DNA of 64,000 bases, taken from assembly GCA_965233585.1 (NCBI GenBank), contig CBDDTI010000746.1, positions 32,001 through 96,000 on the forward strand. The letters are read 5' to 3'. The DNA comes from a bacterium. Lineage in GTDB: Bacteria; SAR324; NAC60-12. Shown piece after piece: positions 53,817 through 61,943 of the stretch (its first letter is position 1; each line of letters starts with the position of its first letter). The position numbers were made by a program, and so were the translations under genes. The notes beneath the pieces are model-generated. The model was not told the origin of the DNA, did not search any database, and saw only the letters and a list, made by a program, of their open reading frames with translations.

Positions 53817-54242
53817 ATGCAAAAAATCAAAAAATGTGTCACAGGGACATTGGTTATTTCAGCAACAGCTTTGTCTGCTTGTTCCACGATGTTTAATTCT
53901 GGCTCACAAACTATCATTGCTCGTTCTACCGGGGGAAAAGAAGGAATCCAAGTAGAAGTGACCACACCATCAGGAGCTTATACAACCAAGCTCCCAGCAA
54001 CGATTGCCGCAGAGTCAAGTTGGGACGGAGTCAAGGTTCGTGTCATTGACAAATGTTATGATTCTACTGCAACAGAAGTCAATAAAGGCATCACCCTATC
54101 ATTCTGGGCTAATATTTTCAACTCGGGAGTTGGATTCTTTGTTGATTTAGCGACTGGTAAGCTTTGGAAATACGACACAAACGTGTCTGTGCCAGTCAAC
54201 GCAAAAACGATGGATAACGTAGAAGGTTGTGAATCTGCGTGA
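53817..54242 (+). CDS. small lipoprotein
   Basis: Lipobox LSA-C; CSTMFNSGSQ and FFVDLATGKLWKY; GGAG RBS. Confidence 0.75.
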   Translation: MQKIKKCVTGTLVISATALSACSTMFNSGSQTIIARSTGGKEGIQVEVTTPSGAYTTKLPATIAAESSWDGVKVRVIDKCYDSTATEVNKGITLSFWANIFNSGVGFFVDLATGKLWKYDTNVSVPVNAKTMDNVEGCESA

Positions 54243-54266
54243 GTCAATTCTGCTTAAAATTTTGAA

Positions 54267-54303
54267 GATGAAGTCATGCTTTCCTTCTGTGCATGACTTC
54301 ATC
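54267..54303. terminator. bidirectional hairpin terminator
   Basis: Perfect 13-bp IR GATGAAGTCATGC / GCATGACTTCATC between convergent genes. Confidence 0.65.
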
Positions 54304-55459
54304 ATCTCCTTTGTCCTTCCTCACATAAATATAAATTGGTTTTAGAAATCGCTCCTCTCACGTAGGGAATCAACCAAATCCCTGCTTGTGCTTTTTTTTC
54401 AACGGGTTTGCATTCAGTGTCTTGAATCCAAGTCAGCCTGACTTTCATCTCCTTTCCCTCTGGATTTTTCAAAAGTAACGTTTGCCCGACGTGAATGGTC
54501 TCTTTGGTGGAAACAGCAAGGTATTCGTCTCTTGCCATCTCAAGTACAGTTCCCACTAAATGCTTATTTTCAATGGACAGATGTTTGTTTTTCAGCCTCT
54601 TGATGGACATGTCTGTTTTGTTAGCACGATAAAATCCATGTGTCGTTTTGACATGCCACGATTTTTTGACTGTTAAGAGTTGCTGCAAATCAAAGGGGTG
54701 TGTCCATTTGTCCAGAGATTGAATGATTTCAAACTGGTCATGGAAACGTAAATCCAACCTCATCGTATGAACCAACGAGCCTAAACCTGGGATCAAATCC
54801 AGCAGAAATAAATCGTAATAATGGAATAAAAAAGACCCGTGAGTTGTTTCTAATGTTGGAAAAGAATGATGAGGCAGGTCGTCATAGTTGACCCACGCCT
54901 GAATGATGTCTTGTTGAGAGTCTTTGAAAAAGCGATGCAACAGGCGTCTGGGTGTATAAAAAAGACAGATTCTTCCCAACCCTTGAATTTCCAAAGGGGT
55001 TTTCAGTGCCTCTTTGTAATATTTTAACAAGGCTTTTGGGGTTTCGTTAGACAATAAAAATCGTTGAAGTTGACTGCCAAAATACTCTTCCCAGCCAAGC
55101 AGACTTTCTAAGTTACGACTGCCAATTTCCACAATCAAATGAATTGGCACATTGAAATCATATTGCTGAATCACCCTTGCCGCACCAACATCTTGAACAC
55201 GAATGGCAGACAACAGATGCAAAGGCAGTTGCTTTAAAACTTGCTTTGCCCTGTCCATCTCATCATTCAAATTGAGGACGTCCCATTGCAAACAGATTGC
55301 AAAACTTCCGTGATATTTTTCAACCAAAGCACATGCCTCATCAGAAGAAAATCCTCCAAACCTGCTTAAATGCTGGTGTTCAATGATCACTTCTTGCAAA
55401 GACGTGCTTTGCAAGGTCTGGACTTCCTTGACTGACCGAACGAATGTGTTGAACTTCAT
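54302..55459 (-). CDS. peptidase U32 family protein (TrhP1/YrrN-like)
   Basis: VQDVGA, RFLLSNE, EIQGLGRICLFYTPRRLL; C-terminal beta domain. Confidence 0.65.
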   Translation of the reverse strand: MKFNTFVRSVKEVQTLQSTSLQEVIIEHQHLSRFGGFSSDEACALVEKYHGSFAICLQWDVLNLNDEMDRAKQVLKQLPLHLLSAIRVQDVGAARVIQQYDFNVPIHLIVEIGSRNLESLLGWEEYFGSQLQRFLLSNETPKALLKYYKEALKTPLEIQGLGRICLFYTPRRLLHRFFKDSQQDIIQAWVNYDDLPHHSFPTLETTHGSFLFHYYDLFLLDLIPGLGSLVHTMRLDLRFHDQFEIIQSLDKWTHPFDLQQLLTVKKSWHVKTTHGFYRANKTDMSIKRLKNKHLSIENKHLVGTVLEMARDEYLAVSTKETIHVGQTLLLKNPEGKEMKVRLTWIQDTECKPVEKKAQAGIWLIPYVRGAISKTNLYLCEEGQRR

Positions 55460-55694
55460 GCTATTAAATACAATAAAAACATCACAGCATTATGACACAA
55501 TCTTTGGGTCATTGCAGAACTGCCTTTTGTCAACTGATGGCTTGTGTTTAAGTCATTGCTCATCTTGACTCGCTGTCTCTCTTTTTTTCTCACTTGCCTA
55601 ATCAATCAAAAATGACTCTGTTCTTTCAAAATCGTTTCCATTTTGTCTTCAAATTGGTTATGATTCTTGATTTGGCATTCTCACTCATAAGCTG

Positions 55695-56216
55695 ATGGAA
55701 ACCGCTTTACTTTTTGACACACTCAAGACCTCCAAACATTTGCAAGCCGCAGGCTTTGAACAAGAGCAAGCAGAGGCACTGACAGAAGAATTTAAATTTG
55801 TTGTAGAAAGCAACTTTGCGAAACTTTCAACCAAAGAACAAGTTTCTGCTTTAGAGACGAATCTCAATGAGAAACTGGAGCAAAAAGCCACCAAAGAACA
55901 AGTCACTCACTTACAAGAACAACTGGAGCAAAAAGCTACCAAAGAACAAGTCACTCACTTACAAGAACAACTGGAGCAAAAAGCTACCAAAGAACAAGTT
56001 TCTGCTTTAGAAATTAGCCTCAATGACAAGCTTGAGAAATTTGCTACCAAAGAAGATGTTCAAAATGAAATCAAAGAGGTCAAAGAAGACATCTATTTTT
56101 TAAAAGGAGACCAAAAGCTCCTTAAATGGATGGTCGGTTTTGGTATTTCTTTAAATCTGTTGACACTTGGAGTTGTGCTAGCTTTTTTGTTTACAGCTAC
56201 CCCTACTCCTACTTAA
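55695..56216 (+). CDS. DUF1640/CCDC90-family alpha/beta coiled-coil membrane protein
   Basis: FDTLK..K.L..AGFE.EQAE head, repeated (A/S)TKE(Q/D) beta-layer motifs, LKWMVG plus TM anchor. Confidence 0.85.
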   Translation: METALLFDTLKTSKHLQAAGFEQEQAEALTEEFKFVVESNFAKLSTKEQVSALETNLNEKLEQKATKEQVTHLQEQLEQKATKEQVTHLQEQLEQKATKEQVSALEISLNDKLEKFATKEDVQNEIKEVKEDIYFLKGDQKLLKWMVGFGISLNLLTLGVVLAFLFTATPTPT

Positions 56217-56539
56217 CAACCCTGCTCCGAAAAACCACTTGACTCCAGCAAACACCACACCAACTGAGGGAACAAGAAAGCAAAGAAAGTGAGAAAAAAA
56301 CAGAGGTTGAGGGTCAAGGTGAGCAATGACGAAAAGACACGCCTGCAAAACCTCCTGTCATTCCGCACTTGATGCGGAATCTATCATCAAACCCAGCATG
56401 GATTCCTAACGACTGGATTCCTGCTTTCGCAGGAATGACAATAGTTGTCATTCTGTGTTTGACACGGAATCTCAAAAAACAAGAGTGAGAGCAGAATGAG
56501 AGAAAAGGGCAGATTGTGTGGCAAGTTCAGCAATGCCAT

Positions 56540-57295
56540 TCAAGGTTCAATGACTTTGATTTGGTCTGCTTCAGGTTGCAGGAGGTAAATTCCTTTGGCT
56601 TTGGCATGAGAGATGAAATGTTCTGGAATGCTTTGACACGCAAGCCCCAGATGAATTTGAAAATCCTGATACTGCGGAAAAACGACAGGGAATGTCTCCC
56701 TGTGCCTGAACACTTGGTCAAAGTCATCAAGACGTAGTTTGTGCTTCACTTCTACAATGAAGATGTGAAAGTCATTGTAAAAAACAACGTCATACTGTCC
56801 CATGACTTTTTTATCGCTTCTCCCCTTCACATTTTTATCCACAGAATCATAACGAATTTGTCCAATCGTGATGAATCCTTGTTCTTCTATCTCTCTTTGA
56901 CCAGTACGATAGTAAGCGTCTTCCTGTATGTCGCTTTCTACCGTGATGTAACTTTCCAGCTTCTTGTTGCTTTCTTTTCTCAATCGTCTTTCTTCCTTCA
57001 TTTCTTTCTCCCAAGCGGCATTGCGTTCTAGCCTTTCTTTTTCCCATCTGGCATCGGACTCTTGCACCTGCTTCTCCCAAGCGGCATTGCGTTCTACTCT
57101 TTCTTTTTCCCATCTAGCACTGGACTCTTGCACCTGCTTCTCCCAAGCGGCATTGCGTTCTAGCCTCTCTTTTTCCCATCTGGCATTGGACTCTTGCATC
57201 TGTTTGGCGACAGCATTGACTGTGTCATTGGCTTCCTTAGCAATGATGCTAGCTTCCGCCAAAATTTTTTCTATTCTATCTAAACGTTCTGACAT
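56540..57295 (-). CDS. coiled-coil plus PD-(D/E)XK-domain paralog P5 (251 aa; DUF3782-like architecture)
   Basis: 11-aa repeats ERNAAWEKQVQ / ESSARWEKERV; QYD...IVEVK. Confidence 0.85.
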   Translation of the reverse strand: MSERLDRIEKILAEASIIAKEANDTVNAVAKQMQESNARWEKERLERNAAWEKQVQESSARWEKERVERNAAWEKQVQESDARWEKERLERNAAWEKEMKEERRLRKESNKKLESYITVESDIQEDAYYRTGQREIEEQGFITIGQIRYDSVDKNVKGRSDKKVMGQYDVVFYNDFHIFIVEVKHKLRLDDFDQVFRHRETFPVVFPQYQDFQIHLGLACQSIPEHFISHAKAKGIYLLQPEADQIKVIEP

Positions 57296-57725
57296 CTTTA
57301 CCTTTCAATTTAAAATTCAAAAAACTTGAGTATAGCATTTTTTGACAAAAGAAAAAAACAGATTGCGGGTCAAGGTGAGCAATGACAAGGAGACGATGGA
57401 ATAACGAAAAGACACGCCTGCAAACTCCTTTCGTCATTCCGCACTTGATGCGGAATCTATCAACAAAACCAAGCATGGATTCCTAACTTGACTGGATTCC
57501 TGCTTTCGCAGGAATGACAAGCCCACGCACGCAAGGTAGGGACAAACCCAAGTTTGTCCTGTGTTTGAAGAAGAATGAAATTGCGGGTCAAGCCCTCAAG
57601 GACTCTTCTGTCATTCCGTGCTTGACACGGAATCTATCATCAAACCAAGCGTGGATTCCTGCTTTCGCAGGAATGACAAGCCCACGCACGAAATGACAAG
57701 AAAGTGAGAAAAAACAGATTGCCCG

Positions 57726-58421
57726 TCAAGGCTCAATGATTTTGATGTGGTCTGCTTCAGGTTGCAGGAGGTAAACTCCCTTAGCTTTGGCATGAGAGAT
57801 GAAATGTTCTGGAATGCTTTGGCAAGCAAGTCCCAGATGAATTTGAAAATCCTGATATCGTGGAAACACGACAGGGAACGTTTCTTTGTGCCTGAACACT
57901 TGGTCAAAGTCATCAAGGCGAAGTTTATGCTTCACTCCTACAATGAAGATGTGAGAACGATTATAAAAAACAACGTCATACTGCCCAACTACTTTCTCAA
58001 ATCTTCCCTTCACATTTTTATCTACAGAATCATAAGCAACCCCACCAATCATGATGAATCCTTTTTCTTCTATTTCTCTTTGACCAGTACAATAGTAGGC
58101 ATCTTCCTGTATGTCGCTTTCTACCGTGATGTAACGTTCCAGTTTCTTGTTGGTTTCCTTTCTCAATCGCCTTTCTTCCTTCATTTCTTTCTCCCAAGCG
58201 GCATTGGACTCTTGCATCTGCTTCTCCCAAGCGGCATTGCGTTCTACTCTTTCTTTCTCCCAAGCGGCATTGCGTTCTTCTTGCTTTTTAGTCAGCTCTG
58301 CTAACTGCTTGCTGTTTTCTTCTTGTTGCTTGCTGTTTTCTTCTTGCCGTTTTTTCAACTCCTGCATGCCTTTGGCATTTTCTTTCAAAATTGCCCAAAT
58401 CTCATCAAATCTTTCACTCAT
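57726..58421 (-). CDS. paralog P4 (231 aa), EVK motif changed to GVK
   Basis: Same architecture; substitution at 57937. Confidence 0.83.
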   Translation of the reverse strand: MSERFDEIWAILKENAKGMQELKKRQEENSKQQEENSKQLAELTKKQEERNAAWEKERVERNAAWEKQMQESNAAWEKEMKEERRLRKETNKKLERYITVESDIQEDAYYCTGQREIEEKGFIMIGGVAYDSVDKNVKGRFEKVVGQYDVVFYNRSHIFIVGVKHKLRLDDFDQVFRHKETFPVVFPRYQDFQIHLGLACQSIPEHFISHAKAKGVYLLQPEADHIKIIEP

Positions 58422-58740
58422 CTTTATCTCCTTTCAATTTAAAATCTACAAGATAAAATATCTAGTCTAGCAGATTTTTTGAAAAAAGAATGAGAAAGAA
58501 GAACAAAAGAAAAAAAACAGATTGCGGGTCAAGCCCACAATGACGAGAAAACACAACCCTGCAAACTCCTTTCGTCATTCCGTGCTTGACACGGAATCTA
58601 TCATCAAACTAAGCGTGGATTCCTAACTTGACTAGATTCGGGGCTTTGGCAGGAATGACAAGGAGACGCCTGCAAGTCACAACGTAGGGACAAACCCAAG
58701 TGTTTGTCCTGTGTTTGAAGAAAAAAACAGAGATTGCCCG

Positions 58741-59382
58741 TCAAGGCTCAATGATTTTGATTTGGTCTGCTTCAGGTTGCAGGAGGTAAACTCCCTTAGC
58801 TTTGGCATGAGAGATGAAATGTTCTGGAATGCTTTGGCAAGCAAGTCCCAGATGAATTTGAAAATCCTGATATCGTGGAAACACGACAGGGAACGTTTCT
58901 TTGTGCCTGAACACTTGGTCAAAGTCATCAAGGCGAAGTTTATGCTTCACTTCTACAATGAAGATGTGAGAACGATTATAAAAAACAACGTCATACTGCC
59001 CAACTACTTTCTCAAATCTTCCCTTCACATTTTTATCTACAGAATCATAAGCAATCCCACCAAGCATGATGAATCCTTTTTCTTCTATTTCTCTTTGACC
59101 AGTACGATAGTAGGCATCTTCCTGTATGTCGCTTTCTACCGTGATGTAACTTTCTAGCTTTTTGTTGCTTTCTTTTCTCAATCGCCTTTCTTCCTTCATT
59201 TCTTTTTCCCAAGCGGCATTGGACTCTTGCATCTGCTTCTCCCAAGCGGCATTGCGTTCTTCTTGCTGTTTTGTTAGCTGTGCTAGCTGTTCATCCGTCT
59301 TTTCTTGCCGTTTTTTCAACTCCTGCATGCCTTTGGCATTTTCTTTCAAAATTGCCCAAATCTCATCAAATCTTTCACTCAT
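58741..59382 (-). CDS. paralog P3 (213 aa)
   Basis: Same architecture, shortest stalk. Confidence 0.85.
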   Translation of the reverse strand: MSERFDEIWAILKENAKGMQELKKRQEKTDEQLAQLTKQQEERNAAWEKQMQESNAAWEKEMKEERRLRKESNKKLESYITVESDIQEDAYYRTGQREIEEKGFIMLGGIAYDSVDKNVKGRFEKVVGQYDVVFYNRSHIFIVEVKHKLRLDDFDQVFRHKETFPVVFPRYQDFQIHLGLACQSIPEHFISHAKAKGVYLLQPEADQIKIIEP

Positions 59383-59702
59383 CTTTGTCCCCCTTTCAAT
59401 TTAAAATCTACAAGATAAAATATCTAGTCTAGCAGATTTTTTGAAAAAAGAATGAGAAAGAAGAACAAAAGAAAAAAAACAAATTGCGGGTCAAGCCCAC
59501 AATGACGAGAAAACACAACCCTGCAAACTCCTTTCGTCATTCCGCACTTGATGCGGAATCTATCACCAAACCAAGCGTGGATTCCTAACTTGACTAGATT
59601 CGGGGCTTTGGCAGGAATGACAAGGAGACGCCTGCAAGTCACAACGTAGGGACAAACCCAAGTGTTTGTCCTGTGTTTGAAGAAAAAAACAGAGGTTGAG
59701 GC

Positions 59703-60377
59703 TCAAGGTTCAATGACTTTGATTTGGTCTGCTTCAGGTTGCAGGAGGTAAACTCCTTTGGCTTTGGCATGAGAGATGAAATGTTCTGGAATGCTTTGGC
59801 ACGCAAGTCCTAGATGAATTTGAAAATCCTGATATCGTGGAAACACGACAGGGAATGTTTCTTTGTGTCTGAATACTTGGTCAAAGTCATCAAGGCGAAG
59901 TTTGTGCTTCACTTCCACAATGAAAATGTGAGAACGATTATAAAAAACAACGTCATACTGCCCAACTACTTTCTCAAATCTTCCCTTCACATTTTTATCT
60001 ACAGAATCATAAGCAACCCCACCAATCATGATGAATCCTTGTTCTTCTATTTCTCTTTGACCAGTACGATAGTAAGCGTCTTCCTGTATGTCGCTTTCTA
60101 CCGTGATGTAACTTTCCAGCTTCTTGTTGCTTTCTTTTCTCAATCGTCTTTCTTCCTTCATTTCTTTCTCCCAAGCGGCATTGCGTTCTAGCCTCTCTTT
60201 TTCCCATCTGGCATCGGACTCTTGCACCTGCTTCTCCCAAGCGGCATTGCGTTCTTCTTGCTTTTTAGTCAGTTCTGCTAACTGCTTGCTGTTTTCTTCT
60301 TGCCGTTTTTTCAACTCCTGCATGCCTTTGGCATTTTCTTTCAAAATTGCCCAAATCTCATCAAATCTTTCACTCAT
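59703..60377 (-). CDS. paralog P2 (224 aa)
   Basis: Same architecture; mosaic of the two sequence types. Confidence 0.85.
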   Translation of the reverse strand: MSERFDEIWAILKENAKGMQELKKRQEENSKQLAELTKKQEERNAAWEKQVQESDARWEKERLERNAAWEKEMKEERRLRKESNKKLESYITVESDIQEDAYYRTGQREIEEQGFIMIGGVAYDSVDKNVKGRFEKVVGQYDVVFYNRSHIFIVEVKHKLRLDDFDQVFRHKETFPVVFPRYQDFQIHLGLACQSIPEHFISHAKAKGVYLLQPEADQIKVIEP

Positions 60378-60649
60378 CTTTGTCCCCCTTTCAATTCAAA
60401 ATTTATAAATCCAAACACTTAGTCTAGCAGATTTCTTGAGAAAAAGAATGAGAAAGAACAACGCAAGGCAAAACAGATTGCGGGTCAAGCCCGCAATGAC
60501 AATCCTTGTTCATCAAACCAAGCGTGGATTCCTAACTTGACTAGATTCGGGGCTTTGGCAGGAATGACAAGGAGACGCCTGCAAGTCACAACGTAGGGAC
60601 AAACCCAAGTGTTTGTCCTGTGTTTGAAGAAAAAAACAGAGGTTGAGGC

Positions 60650-61393
60650 TCAAGGTTCAATGACTTTGATTTGGTCTGCTTCAGGTTGCAGGAGGTAAAT
60701 TCCTTTGGCTTTGGCATGAGAGATGAGATGTTCTGGAATGCTTTGACACGCAAGCCCCAGGTGAATTTTAAAATCCCGATATTGTGGAAAAACGACAGGG
60801 AAAGTTTCCCTGTGCCTAAACACTTGGTCAAAGTCATCAAGACGAAGTTTATGCTTCACTTCTACAATGAAGATGTGAAAGTCATTGTAAAAAACAACGT
60901 CATACTGTCCGATGACTTTTTTATCGCTTCTCCCCTTCACATTTTTATCTACAGAATCATAACGAATTTGTCCAATTATGATGAATCCTTGTTCTTCTAT
61001 TTCTCTTTGACCAGTACGATAGTAAGCGTCTTCCTGTATGTCACTTTCTACCGTGATGTAACTTTCTAGCTTCTTGTTGCTTTCTTTTCTCAATCGTCTT
61101 TCTTCCTTCATTTCTTTTTCCCAAGCGGCATTGCGTTCTAGCCTTTCTTTTTCCCATCTGGCACTGGATTCTTGTACCTGCTTCTCCCAAGCGGCATTGC
61201 GTTCTAGCCTCTCTTTTTCCCATCTGGCACTGGATTCTTGTACCTGCTTCTCCCAAGCGGCATTGCGTTCTTGCATCTGTTTTGCAAATTCTTCTTGCTT
61301 TTTAGTCAATTCTGCTAACTGCTTGCTATTTTCTTCTTGTTGTTTGCTATTTTCTTCCAAGATTTTTTCTATTCTATCTAAACGTTCTGACAT
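60650..61393 (-). CDS. paralog P1 (247 aa)
   Basis: Same architecture; GGAGAGG RBS. Confidence 0.85.
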   Translation of the reverse strand: MSERLDRIEKILEENSKQQEENSKQLAELTKKQEEFAKQMQERNAAWEKQVQESSARWEKERLERNAAWEKQVQESSARWEKERLERNAAWEKEMKEERRLRKESNKKLESYITVESDIQEDAYYRTGQREIEEQGFIIIGQIRYDSVDKNVKGRSDKKVIGQYDVVFYNDFHIFIVEVKHKLRLDDFDQVFRHRETFPVVFPQYRDFKIHLGLACQSIPEHLISHAKAKGIYLLQPEADQIKVIEP

Positions 61394-61943
61394 TTGTACC
61401 TCTCCAATTGAAGATTATTAAGTTTAAACACACTCAGTCTAACAGATTTTTGAAAAAAAGAATTACAGAAGAATGAGAAAGAAAACAAAATAAGAGTAAG
61501 AAAAAAGAGAGATTGCTGGACAAGACACGCCTGCAAATTCCTCTGTCATTCTGCACTTGATGCGGAATTTATCACCAAACCAAGCATGGACTCCTGCTTT
61601 CGCTCCGAATGACGGAAACACAAGCCCGCAAGTTACAACGTAGGGACAAACCCAAGTTTGTCCTGTGTTTTAAGAAGAATGAGATTGCGGGGTCAAGCCC
61701 GCAATGACGGGAACACAAACACGCGATGACAAGGAGACGCACGCAAGTTACAACGTAGGGACAAACCCAAGTGTTTGTCCTGTGTTTTAAGAAGAATGAG
61801 ATTGCATGTCAAGGTGAGCCATGACTACCCCGTCATTCTGTGCTTGATGCGGAATCTATCACCAAACTCAGCATGGATTCCTAAACGTGACTGGATTCCT
61901 GCCTTCGCAGGAATGACATTTTTCAAACCTGCAATGACAAACG

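Larger units (their letters stand above)
56309..61938. repeat. intergenic mosaics of GTCAT-type palindromes and GTAG-type REPs separating the nuclease-domain paralogs
   Basis: Clusters at about 56309-56472, 57361-57677, 58520-58712, 59483-59675, 60476-60622 and 61545-61938; GTAGGGACAAACCCAAG(TG)TTTGTCCT at 57536, 58684, 59646, 60593, 61640, 61755. Confidence 0.88.

Noticed and set aside
56516..61421. Plus-strand and alternate-frame ORFs over the nuclease paralogs
   Set aside because: Shadows repeated only because the real genes are duplicated
56309..61938. CRISPR array or integron cassette array
   Set aside because: Repeats are degenerate, of several families and irregularly spaced around paralogous genes; no unique spacers, cas genes, integrase or convincing attC RYYYAAC/GTTRRRY ends
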